From Hemiscyllium ocellatum (taxonomy: Eukaryota), in assembly GCF_020745735.1 (NCBI RefSeq), contig NC_083412.1, positions 59,238,320-59,302,319 on the forward strand: DNA of 64,000 nt. The letters run 5' to 3'. The notes beneath the pieces are model-generated. The model did no database searches. It was not told where the DNA came from and saw nothing but the letters and a program-made list of their open reading frames with translations. The number at the start of each line of letters is the position of its first letter. Within the stretch, counting starts at the first letter, position 1. A program made the translations under genes and the position numbers. Shown here in pieces: positions 12,801 to 24,465 of this stretch.

Positions 12801-13895
12801 TGATCCCTCTCCCCTTTGGGAGTATTCTGCACTTGAGTATTCTCGATATCCTTGGTCCTGACACCAGGGAGGCAACACATTATTCTGATTTCTTGCTGTT
12901 TCTGTGTCTGTCTGTGCCTCTGACTAGAGAGGCCTCTATTGCCATTAATCGCTTGGAACCTGAAGTTCCATTAGAGCCATTGTCAGTACCAGAGACTTGG
13001 CTGTTTGTGCTACATCCCCCTGAGAGTCCATCATCCCCTTCATTTTCCAAAATAGCATTCTTGTTTGAGATGGGATAGTCACAGGAGACTCCTACACTAC
13101 CTGCCTCCCTCTCCTACCTTTCCTGGAGATAACCCATCTACCTTATTGTATCTGTAGTTTTTCTCCCTTCCTATGACTGCCATCCATCACATTCCCAGCA
13201 CCTGTAAATTCCTTATTGCCTCTAACTGCAGCTCCAACCAATCCATGTGATCTGATAGGATTCGCAACCAAAGACACTTGCTGCAGACATAATCATCAGT
13301 AACATGGAAACTCTTCCTATCTCCCATAGGCTACAGGAAGGGTACATCACTCTACAGAAGGCCACCTATGCTCCTTAACAATCTAAAGACCCAGAAAATA
13401 GCACCATTGTATTGCTCTAAAAAACATTGCTCCAGACTAACTTGATACTATGTTTATATTTTTAAAGTTTAATCAGGAGACAGATATCAATAAAACATAA
13501 TCAAAAAAGAACCCACTCTACTCCCTATTGTAGATTTACAGCAGTGATGCTTAAAAAAACTATGCACTTAGCGTCTCCCATGCTGTGATCTCTCTCACAT
13601 AGGTTCCTCCAAAGTCAGCTGTGAATTTTATTGTTTGTTAATTTTTCTTAGACAACAGAATAGGTTTCTTTCTCTGACCATGTGGTCTTGCCTTTGTCTG
13701 TCATGCTCCTTTTTAAAGTGCCATTGTTTTGATCTTTCTCCCACCAAAGTTGCAAAACAATGCAACAGCTTATAAAACAGTAATTGCTGCTCCTGCAATT
13801 AGAGGAAATCATTTCCAACACCTAAAATACCTCAAAAAAGGAGCAGCGATTACAGCCACAATTTTTTCTCGTCCTCCATCTTGGATTACCTAAAA
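9817..13895 (-). mobile_element. Near-full-length CR1 LINE (5' UTR, ORF1 esterase, partial EN, RT, 3' tail) with an internal deletion
   Basis: ORF1 SGNH-type CCLPGVR..VIVHIVINDTG..LGRNLKRRS (12656-12880). EN remnant at ~12100-12280. RT VIYMDFSEAFDKVP (10805-11050). C-terminus RVWDELP and a tail at 9817. Confidence 0.88.
11201..12055 (-). mobile_element. CR1 LINE 3' part nested in the older CR1
   Basis: ORF 11524-12033 KFNSDKCEVLHFGKAN...LERVQKRFTRMLPGL and a new tail starting at 11201 inside host CR1 sequence. Confidence 0.88.
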
Positions 13896-13984
13896 TCCTG
13901 GATCTGTGGAAGATCAACAAATTCCATTTCTCTTTCTCCAAACTCTTTGAAGCTGGCAGGAGATGTTGAGAAAGTGGCCAATAA

Positions 13985-14535
13985 AGTATTTGAGTTTTTG
14001 TGTTTTATGAATATAAGCATCAAGTACAAAAAGAAGCAATTTATGCAAAACCTTCACAAACCACTGTTTGAGCCAATTCTGGGCATTGTGCTTTCAGGTT
14101 GTGAATGCAATGGAATGCCTACAGAAAATATTTACAAAGTTGGACGTAAGTTAAGTAGATCAAAATAGGGGTTTTTCTTTAGAAAAGTGAAGGTGAAGAC
14201 ATTTGATAGAAGTGTTTAGAATCGTGAGGTATCTGAACAGTATGAAGGTTCCTCTTTAAAGAAAGATCAAGTACTTGAGGTCACCAATATAAAATGTTTT
14301 TCAAAAAAATCGGAGGCGACATGAGGAAAAAACTTTCACTCAGCAAGAGGGTGGTATCCAGAATGCACTGTCTGAGAGTGAGGTAGAGGCAGCTTAAATC
14401 ATGAATTTCAAAAATAAATTAGAAAGTTACCCAAAAAGAAAATAATTGCAGAACTATGGAGAAATGACAGAAGGGTGGAACTAACTGAATAACTTTTAAA
14501 AAGACCTGGCACAGGCATGGTGGGCTGAGTGGTCT
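13985..14535 (+). mobile_element. Old, decayed CR1 3' region
   Basis: Degenerate ISIKYKKKQFMQNLHKPLFEP, and gaggaaaaaactttcactcagcaagagggtggtatccagaatgcactg. Confidence 0.6.
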
Positions 14536-14793
14536 CTTTCCTTGTAACTATTTTGTGATGGTGTACTTTCTCATGATTTCTGTTTCATCCCATTTGATAC
14601 ATCAAAATGTAAAAGTTAACCTACTTATGTTTTCAGAAATCACTTTTCTTAATTCTATCAAGTTAATACATTTGAATTGAATAATCAATAAATTAATCTG
14701 TTTGTGAGGTTGTGGAACCAAGCTTCTCTAATATTTAAAGTCTTTGGCTTTCAGGTTTCCTTTTAATAAAGTGAAAACTCTTTGTACCTACAG

Positions 14794-15204
14794 AAAGCAA
14801 CTTGCAAACTGAAAAAATTGAGAAAAGTATTACTGTGCCGGAGGACAGCCAAATTCAACTAGAATGCAAGATCAGCAATCGTACCAACCTGGATTCCCAA
14901 CTATCTGTGACATGGTATTCCCAGAAAATAGAGGAGCAAGAACCATACACCATTCTCCACCTGAATCGGAATTCTGTTTTTGAATATGGCAGCTCCATCA
15001 ATAACAGTGCAAGTCTGAGGGATAGGTTACAATTTGAAAAAGCTACCAATGGTCTATATAGTGTGATACTGCAGAAAGCAACTACATCTGACACTGGCAG
15101 TTACTACTGTTACGTGGAGGAGTGGCTGCTTGATCCCAATGATATATGGTATAAACTGGGAGAAGATCAGTCTGGACTGACTATTGTGACTGTACAACAA
15201 CCAG
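14794..15204 (+). CDS. IGSF3: IGSF3 internal exon, V-set Ig domain (equivalent to human domain 7)
   Basis: Acceptor ctctttgtacctacag|AA and donor CCAG|gtatag; 411 nt, phase 1-1. Encodes QIQLECKISNRTNLDSQLSVTW...DTGSYYCYVEEWLL, against human QVQLECVVLNRTSITSQLMVEW as recalled. Confidence 0.92.
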
Positions 15205-16189
15205 GTATAGTAGAGCTATTATTTTCAGTTTTGGAAAAAATGCTTTAATGAATGACAGTTTCAAAAGCTATTCATTTGATCAGCATCAGACCATATTATA
15301 TGCGTCCACCTTACTAGAAATTTTAAGACATGACTGTATGAGGAATTAAATTATACAGCTGAAATCTGGTTTAGGAAATACAATACCTTTCAGCTGATTG
15401 ATGTGGACTGAGTTAGACTCCATTTAAATTACAATGATGTTTGCATCATAAATAGAGCAGAGAATGTTTAGCGTGTTTTGGCATCAAATCCATTGCACTA
15501 TCAATTCACATCTAAGCTATGTTATCTTGCCTCCAACACAGATGCTGGAATCAAAATACATTGTCCATCATAATACCTCAGTGCATGTCGATTAAGTATC
15601 TTGGTTGCTGTATGTGTTGCCCCAACCCTCAAAATCACACACATTTAATGCAAGTAATGTGGGATTAGCAATATTTAAATGCGTGCTCTGGTTTCCTGAA
15701 AAGCTTAAGAGCTGCTATCCTGTGCTCTGTATTTCAAAGGAGTGCACTGTCACTGTCATGGGTTAGGTCGGTCCTGTTTGTTGGATAATGCAACATTGAT
15801 AAATTTCAGTTATCTCAGTAATAAAGGCATCATGTTCTTAAGTGAACTCAATACTATCCACTTCATCCAGGCTGTGCATTTATGACAATATTCTGATTTC
15901 CATGTGTTCTCTGTTTGCATCCCATGTTGAAGAAGTTTCTTTTAAAATTCACATGCATGTACTTTGTATGATTTAATGTGTTCTGTCAAGTCGTCTTGGT
16001 CAGTAGCTGAGAAAAGTTATTCCTGTTTGTAGCATTGCTCTGTCTGATAGTATATCACACTTTAACAGCTTAAAAGTTTTGGTTTATATTAAGAATGTGC
16101 ATACATGTGTATACGCAATGGGGTGGAGGAGGAAAGAGTATATCATGGTCGGAGAGCTGTCCTTAAAGGGCAGGGAATCAGAAACAATT

Positions 16190-16510
16190 TAGAAACATGA
16201 GCACTTGAGGCTGTTTGACAGAGTAGGTGCTGAGAGAGTGATTCCTGCTGTCGGGGGTTCCAGGACTACAGACATAGTTTCAATATGAGAGTCTCCCATT
16301 TAAAATGAAAATGAAAAAACATTTCTTCTTAGGGTGTTGTTAAACTGGAAGTTTTCATCTCAGGAAGCCAAGAAAGCTGATTTATTGATCTTGAAGGGAG
16401 TCTAGGCCAATGGGACTTAGGCAGTAAAGTGGAACTCCAGCCAAGATCAGCTCAATCATAACATTATTGAATGACAGAGCAGGCTTGAAGTACCAAATGG
16501 CCTATTCCTG
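16190..16510 (+). mobile_element. Old CR1 3' end
   Basis: ggttccaggactacagacatagtttcaatatgagagtctcccatttaaaatgaaaatg...gaatgacagagcaggcttgaagtaccaaatggcctattcctg. Confidence 0.6.
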
Positions 16511-17559
16511 TTCTTAGTTCTCATGTTCTTGTGGCCAGAGGTATAATCATGCAGTTATATATAAATTTTTTGGATAATAATTGTGATATTGGTTACTTGT
16601 GAGTCAAGGCACAGGTGTTATTAAATGGAAATAAATGAAAAATTGCCAAGCAAATCTAATCATATAGCTTTAGTTTGCCTGAGGCAATCTCTTTAAATCT
16701 CATTAGTGATGCTGATGTTAATATTGACTTAATCACAGTGTGACTTCCTTTAAAAGAGTCATTTCAATTGAAATATTAGCTGGACGTTCATCTCTGTCTC
16801 ATTTACTCATGATTAACCTGGTGTCAACTTCAGTGACTATAGGCAGAAAAGGTATAAGATGTGATCAGATGCAATACAGACAGAATTATCTTGCCAAGAC
16901 AACAGTTTATTTGAGTAAGCTGAGGGGATTGAGCTCCGGGAAACTCAAGAAATTAATATATTATTGTATCACAAGGAATAATTCAGAAAAATTGAAATTT
17001 TGAGATCAGTTGGACAGAATCTATTTTTTTAATAAATGTATATAGGAGGAAAGACATGAATTAGGCTGTTGTGGATTGAAACCTTTTCAGAATGAAGTTC
17101 ATTTGACAGCTCACATTGTATTGGGACCAAGTGTAAGCCTCCAGCTGCAGTTTTGATGATACATTTTTAATGTAGTGTAATCTTCCTGCTAGTGTTAAAT
17201 GGAAATTGGCTGCAATATACAACGCATGTCTCAAGACAGCAGGCAATAATTTTCACACCTGAGTCTGCACATTATGGATGTGGACTTGACTGCCTCATTA
17301 CTGTGATGGGTTGTGGGATGGGGAAAGCATCACTCACGGTATGTACGTCAAGAAAATGAGGCTGGAAAACTTCAGCCACTAGGGACCGCTCAATGGGAAA
17401 AGTGCTTGGAGGTAGGCAGACATCATGGAGCTAACTTCATGACTGGGATTTTCTCAAAAACGTACCAACGTAGCTACTTTCATTTCCTTTTTTGCCTCTT
17501 CCGATGTGATTAAAATTAAAGCTCGAAGTGCCAACAGTCTGCATGCAAAACACATTTAG

Positions 17560-18080
17560 TCATAGAATCATAAAGATGTACAACACGGAAACAGACCCTT
17601 CATCCAACCCACCCATGCCACCCAGATTTTCTAAATAAATCTAATCCATTTGCCAGCACTTGGCCCATATCCCTCTAAACCCTTCCTATTCATATACCCA
17701 TAATTTTAGCAGCTTCCACCACTTCCTTGGCAGCTCATTCCAAACATGCACCATCCTCTGCTTGAAAAAGTTGCCCCTTAGGTCCCTTTTAAATCTTTCT
17801 CCTCTCAACTTAAACCTTTGCCCTCTAGTTCTGGACTCCCCCAAGCCAGGGAAAAGACTTTGTCTATTTATCCTATCCGTGCCCCTCATCATTTTATAAA
17901 CCTCTATAAGGTCACCCCTCAGCCTCCAACGTTCCAAGGAAAATAGCCCCAGATTATTCAACCTCTCCCTATAGCTCAAACCCTCCAATCCTGGCAACAT
18001 CCTTGTAAATCTTTTCTGAACCCTTTCAAGTTTCACAACATCCTTCCTATAGCAAAGATGGTGCAGGTATTCCTCAAAAT
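17560..18080 (-). mobile_element. CR1 LINE 3' end
   Basis: ORF 17686-18105 LERVQKRFTRMLPGLEGLSYRERL...VWNELP. Confidence 0.9.
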
Positions 18081-18184
18081 TAAATTCAAGTTGTAAGTAT
18101 TTCACATTACATTGATTTCACTTTACTCATGTATGTATCATCATTATTTGTTGAGACTATCTTAGTCAAACTTAGATATGCTGG

Positions 18185-18400
18185 CACCCGTCATCCATCC
18201 CAACAGATATCACCGACCACAACAGACCAAGACGCAGAAATAGCTAGCAGGACAGAACATCAGCGCTTCATCGGAGGCTCACTGATGATGTTACCTAGCA
18301 TGGGGTTAAAATATCTGAGAATAAACTACCAGCTCAGCGAGCAAACATACAACCTGATCCACAACCTGAGCTACAAATCTTCTCCAAAATCGCAAACACC
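18185..18400 (+). mobile_element. Penelope-like terminal repeat with a degenerate hammerhead motif
   Basis: GGAGGCTCA-CTGATGA-TGTTACC-TAGCAT-GGGGTT-AAAATATC (CTGATGA at 18282-18288; the GAAA and stem II 3' arm have decayed), then CCAGCTCAGCGAGCAAAC...AACCTGAGCTACAAATCTTC. Confidence 0.65.
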
Positions 18401-20186
18401 TCATTGATGTTAGGGATGTTAGAGACATTTCCTTTATTGTGAAAGAAACAATGTTGTGTTTTTGTAATATTCACGTTAGTGTCTAGTGCTGTATTCGCCA
18501 CTCTATGGGACACAGCTGAACTTGCAAGCTCAACTGGTCCTCTCTTCCATCATTATAAAGGACATTGTCGAAGAATAATCTCTACAGGTGTAGTTGAAAT
18601 GTTGTAGGTGAACCCATATTCCTGCAAGGATTCTGCCAATCAACAATCTAAAATGGACTCACATTTGGATTGTACTAAAATGCCCTTTGCCCCCAGATTT
18701 TCTTGATTTCACTATCCGCATCATGTCCAGGATGCAAGGCCCTTCCCATTTCACTTCTCTATAACTGTGAGCCCTCACTCCTCTAGAATAGTAACCCCAC
18801 TCTACAATCCGCTCACCCTTGATTCATAGTTGCCATTCCTGAGCTTCCATGCAGGAACCCTGTCTCCCGTTTCCCTCCCTGTGACATAGGGTTAGGCAAG
18901 GAAAATCATTGACCTTACACAACTGCACAAAGCCAACTGGTCCATGCTGCCTTTACATGATAGTGAACCAGTGATCATGAGATTCCCGAACTCTATCTTG
19001 GACTTAATGACAACTATTTCCCACTGTTGACTATTCACAGATGTAAAATATATGACAGGTCCACATCCAAAACAGGCCAGATACACAGCAAAGGCGCTCC
19101 TGATTTTATTTCCAGATCTCTGTCTGCTCTCAAGAAATCAAAATACCACACCCTGTGACAATTTTCAAATGTCAATATGGGGTCACAATGGGAGAAGTTT
19201 CAAGAAGCATTGCTTTATACCTGTACCATGTGTGTCTCCACTCTTATAAATTCTGAAAGAATACCCTCGTGTGCACTGCAATAGCACCCACAGAGTTGGG
19301 ACAATTCTGCTTCTGGTTTCCATGTGGTCAGGTTGAACAACTGAAAGTTTGCCAAGGTAGTATTATTAGCCTTGAATGAAATCGAGTTTTGCAATGGCAT
19401 TTGAGTAAATACTGTATTTCATCCGATAAAGTAGTAAGCACATAGCTCCAGGGTCAGGTATCAAATGGATGGAGGAAAAGAAAAATTGAGAAAAGAATGA
19501 TGACTTTCTCCTAGTTGCTCAGGTGTTTGGAATATCTGAACTCCACTATTTACAGTGTAACTGCATCTTTTTGCTGCCTGTCATTTTTTAACTCTTTCCT
19601 CTTGGCTTTGCTAAAGTCGCTTGATTATGTGATCCTTCAGTAACCCAAAATAATTGATGCGTATTTTAATCTGTGGTCCTGGGCCACAAGAAGTCAACAA
19701 ACTGAACATTCTAAATGAACGTAATCTTGCCCTCCTATTGTGGTCATGTATTCTGTTTAATTCAAAGTTCCATCGACTTTGTTGCTGCGGATTCTTCTGT
19801 AATTATTATATTTGACAAGGGTAGCAAGGGTCCTTCCTACATCTTTCAGTTTTCCCTCCTGGTGGGTTAAACTGGGCAGAGATGACTGAATTTCCTTTGC
19901 TTCACCCCTTAAAAGTCGGGAATAGTGCGAATATGAGATAAATTCACTGATCCAGCACTCCCAGTAGGAAGTAATGCATAACGGAGGTAAGGATTGGAGA
20001 GACAACTGTAACATGGTGGCTCTGATTCTCTGACCTGCCCATTGTGCTCCAATGTGAGACCATGTTGGGAGCATCTGATTGGTGAGTTTGTTCAACAGAT
20101 AGAAAAGTGGGTACATTGACTTTCTCAGATTTTCACAAGTTACACATTAAAATCCATTAACTTCTTGTTTTCGATTTTGCAAACAG

Positions 20187-20609
20187 AATTTAAAATGCAA
20201 GTGGATAAAACTGAATTGAATATTAGCGTACCGGAGAAGGACCTGTTTCAGCTCACCTGTAATGTAACCCAACAAACACAAGATAATTCTCAGTTTGCTG
20301 TAACCTGGTTCGTGTGGAAAGTCAAACAAGGTGCTGACCAAATCGTGAGGGAGACCATTTTAAAAGTTGATCACAATTCAGTGTTTGGGTTCGATGTTTC
20401 ACTGGATGGAGTTGAGGGAATGAAGGACAGGCTGCAATTAGAGAGACCTTCCAATGGATTGTACAGCTTGACTGTGCAGGACTCTGCAAGCAGTGATACG
20501 GGCAATTACTCATGTCACGTGGAGGAGTGGATTCAAACTGCCAACAATATCTGGTATAAACTGGGAGAGGATGAGTCTGGGCTGGTCATGGTCACCGTGC
20601 AGGACAGAG
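20187..20609 (+). CDS. IGSF3: IGSF3 internal exon, membrane-proximal V-set Ig domain (equivalent to human domain 8)
   Basis: Acceptor cttgttttcgattttgcaaacag|AA and donor AGAG|gtaact; 423 nt, phase 1-1. Encodes FQLTC...QFAVTW...DTGNYSCHVEEWI, which contains a literal EWI motif. Confidence 0.92.
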
Positions 20610-22359
20610 GTAACTTGCTCATTCAAAATACTGATATTTCCTGAATCATATGTGGTCAAGAATACTAAAGAATTTGTGTTCTTTCTCACTGCCAAGTTTA
20701 TGATGCTTTTGGAATGCTTTATGAAGGAGTCCAGATTTTGTGATGAAACTGCCTTTAAGTTGATCCAGAAAATGAAAGGATTGCAGACATGTAAAAGATA
20801 TTGTATACCCTGTCCATGTGATCTGTGCTTTAGGTGAAATTGTGTTGCAAGCAAGAAATGAGCAACAAGCATAACAGAAATCCCTTGTAACTGTAATGAA
20901 TGATCAGATCACATTATGTATTCATGTCTCTGGAATGGGACCTGAACTCATAATCTTGTGTCTCAGGGGCAACTGTTCTACCTGTGAGCCAAAGCTAACA
21001 TTTTGACATTAGTACTAAATCTGTGTTTTATTAGTGTAAGTCTGTGCTCTCTTGTCTGACTGTCATGACAAAGTCTGAGGTCATAAACCAAATTTACATT
21101 CATTATCCTCTCACACTCCTCTGAGGCGCTATAAATTCAAATAAGTATTTTTTTTTATTTTAAGGAATACGGATTTTTTTACTGCATAAACAATGTTGAA
21201 TGATGTTGGACAGATGGACTGTATTCCAGAATCCTCTATGAAAGACAATGGGATTCATTGTTAAAAATCCATACAGTATCGTAAAGGTCATGCATACAAT
21301 GATTTCATTGAATCAAGCTCAACCTCCAGATCCCAGTTAATCTCTAGATCACAGGTCTTCCTAACCACTTATAGATCCCAGACATTTCTGGATTTGCATG
21401 AAGGTGTGGACACCAAATATTTGAAGCTTGAAAGCTACAACAGGTCACCAGACTCTGAATTGTCTCTCTTTACTCTCTGGACTGTTTTGTCCAGCAACTG
21501 TTCTGAACCTACCATTGGGCTCTGTTTGGTATCCATGACAAACTTGACCATATACTTCTCCATGTAATCAAGCTTCCACATTGAGGTGCTATATGTAACT
21601 GACCAATAACTCTCAGTGCATATTTCATGAATACTTTACTGTCAGGACTTGAGCTCATTTGTTTGTCCATTTTTCATTTCTATTTGGAACATCCAAGTTG
21701 CCCCAGCCACTGCAGACAGTTTTGGTTATGTGTATGGTCACTAAATTCTTCCTCCACCACTACTTAGTGTCCATTTTATGTGTAGTATAGTAAGATTCTT
21801 TTACTGGGGCAAAGCTACTGTAAAATGTAAGTTAATGGTGTGTTTTCCTCTCATTTCTATGAATTTCCTTCTATATTCCTAACTTTCTCCATTTGTCTAT
21901 GTTGATCTGTCACTGTGCCTCCTATTCTCTTTGGTAATATCTGTTCTTCTGCTCTTTTATTTGTTCATCTATTTTTGTAATTTTTTGTTTCTCTTCCTCA
22001 GTTTATAGTCTTTCCTCTGTCTTTGTACTAATAGTTTTCCAGGAAATAGTGAAAAAATGCAAGCGGGAATGGCCAGCGCAGTAGGTGGTAGGAGAGTATA
22101 AATAGCTGAATGTGGACTGGATTATAGGGTGAAACTAGAGAGAATGAGAAGCACGTGTATGAAGTTGGTCTGCCAAGTATAAACTATTGAAGAAACAGTG
22201 AAGTGATTAGAAAGTATATTGGACATAGTTGTCATTTTCCTGAGATAAGTATTTACATTTTAATTTATTAATCGTAAAATCACTTTTTTTTGCATGGTTA
22301 CATTGAATAGGAGAGGAACTGATTTGGCAGCTATACATCAGAAAAGTACTTTTTGATGG

Positions 22360-22690
22360 AGTCATAGAGTTACACAGCACAGAAACAGATCCTTCAGTCC
22401 AATTTGTCTGCACTGGCCAGATATTCTAAGTTAATCTAGTTCCATTTGCCAGCATTTGGTCATATCCCTCTAAACCCTTCCTATTCATAAACCCATCCAG
22501 ACGCCTTTGTAATGTTGTAATTGTACCAGCTACCTCCACCTCCTGGCAGCTCATTCCAAAATTACCCCTCAGGTCCCTTTTAAATCTTTCCCTTCTCACC
22601 TTAAACCCATTCCCTGTAGTTTTAAACTCTCACACCTTGGAATAAAGATCTTGGCAATGCACCCTATCCATGCCCCTTATGATTTTATAA
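22360..22690 (-). mobile_element. CR1 3' end
   Basis: ggagtcatagagttacacagcacagaaacagatcc...ccctctaaacccttcctattc. Confidence 0.85.
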
Positions 22691-23088
22691 AGAGAACCTT
22701 CAAAAGTTATTGGGGGAGGTTGTTGGCAGGTAAACCAACAGCTGGGAAGTGGGAGGCTTCAAAACGTAGTTAACAAGAATTCAGAGAGAGGGTGTTCCTG
22801 TCAGTGTGAAGAGCAAGGCTGATAGGTGTAGGAAACACTTAGGGTGGTACAGTGGCTCAGTGGTTAGCACTGCTGCCTCACAGCACCAGGAATCCACTTT
22901 GATTCCAGCCTCGGGTGACTGTCTGTGTGGAATTTTCACATTCTCCCCATGTCTATGTGGGTTTCCTCCTTGTGTTCTTGGTTTATCCCGCAGTCAAAGA
23001 TGTGTAGATTAGGTGAATTGGCCATGGGAAATTGTCATTAGTGTGCGGAGTAGGTGCATTAGCCATGCGGAAATGTAGAGTTACAGGG

Positions 23089-23406
23089 ATTAGATTAGAT
23101 TAGATTACTTACAGTGTGGAAACAGGCCCTTCGGCCCAACAAGTCCATACTGACCCGCCGAAGCGCAACTCACCCATACCCCTACATTTACCCCTTACCT
23201 AATACTACAGGCAATTTAGCATGGCCAATTCACCTGACCCGCACATCTTTGGACTGTGGGAGGAAACCGGAGCACCCGGAGGAAACTCACGCAGACACAG
23301 GGAGAACGTGCAAACTCCACACAGTCTGTCGCCTGAGTCGGGAATTGAACCCGGGTCTCGGGCACTGTGAGGCAGCAGTGCTAACCACTGTGCCACCGTA
23401 CCGCCC
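23089..23406 (-). mobile_element. HE1-like SINE, full length
   Basis: The minus strand starts GGGCGGTACGGTGGCACAGTGGTTAGCACTGC and ends in an (ATCTA)n tail. Confidence 0.93.
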
Positions 23407-23454
23407 ACAAAACAATATACTGGGAGTCACTCAGAATTTACAGCCGTCCTAGTC

Positions 23455-23705
23455 AGATTAGATTACTTAGTGTGGAAACAGGCCCTTCAACACCTGTCCA
23501 CACCGACCCACCGAAGCGCAACCCACCCAGACCCATTCCCCTACATTTACATCTTCACCTAACTTGCACATTTTTGGACTGTGGGAGGAAACCCACGCAG
23601 ACACAGGGAGAACGTGCAAACTCCACACAGATAGTCACCCAAGGCTGGAATTGAACCTGGGACCCTGGTGCTGTGAGGCAGCAGTGCTGACCACTGTACC
23701 ACCGC
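23455..23705 (-). mobile_element. HE1-like SINE
   Basis: The minus strand starts GCGGTGGTACAGTGGTCAGCACTGCTGCC and ends in a TAATCTAATCT tail. Confidence 0.92.
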
Positions 23706-23819
23706 TAATTGCTTTTTAGGGTAGAAAGGTGAGTCTGGGTGAGATGCACTTTAGAGAGACAGTGTGGATTCATTGAGCTGAGTGGCCTGCTTATACAGTA
23801 TAGGAATTCTATGAGAAGG

Positions 23820-24465
23820 TCATCCGTCAGCCTCCAACACTGCAGGGAAAAGCTGCCCCAGCCTATTTAGCCTCTCCCTATAGCTCAAACCCTACAATCC
23901 GAGCAATATCCTTGTCAGTTTTTTCTGAATCCTTTCAAGTTTAACACTATCCTTCCTATAGCAAGGAGACCAGAATTGAATGCAGTATTCTAAAAGTGAC
24001 CTCACTAATATCCTGTACAACTGGAACATGACCTCCTAACTCCCATGGTCAATGTACTGACCAATGAAGCCAACCTTCTTCACTACCTGTCTACCTGTAA
24101 CTTCACTTTCAAGGAGCTATGCACCTGCACCCCAAAGTGTCTTTGTTCAGCAACATTCCCCAGGGCCCTATCATTAACTGTGTAAGTCTTGCCTTGGTTT
24201 GCCTTTCCAAAATGCAGCATCTCACATTTATTTAAATTAAACTCCATCTGCCACTCTTCAGCCTTTTGGCCCATCAGCCCATCTGATCAAGATCCCATTG
24301 TACTCTGAGATAACTTTCTTCACTGTCCACTACTCCATCAATTTTGGTGTCATCTGCAAACTTACTAATCATACGTCCTATGTTCACATCCAAATCATTT
24401 AGATAAATGATGAAAAGCAGTGAACCCAGCACTGATCCTTGTGGCACATTGTTGGTCACAGGGCA
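23820..24465 (-). mobile_element. CR1 RT fragment
   Basis: PQGSVLGSLLFIIYLNDLD...SKFADDTKI and MEFNLNKCEMLHFGKAN. Confidence 0.88.

Larger units (their letters stand above)
22842..23815 (+). mobile_element. HE1-like SINE, split by two antisense HE1 copies
   Basis: The head GGGTGGTACAGTGGCTCAGTGGTTAGCACTGCTGCC runs to ~23088. The 3' part resumes at ~23706 and ends ggaattctatga. Confidence 0.85.

Noticed and set aside
19757-20116. 119-aa minus-strand ORF upstream of an Ig exon
   Set aside because: No homology or compositional signal that I recognise; probably a chance intronic ORF.
3860-20609. V-set exons as antigen-receptor (IgNAR/TCR/Ig) V segments
   Set aside because: They are ordinary GT-AG phase 1-1 exons with CxVEEW motifs, they have no flanking RSS, and they lead to an unmistakable IGSF3 transmembrane/tail exon.
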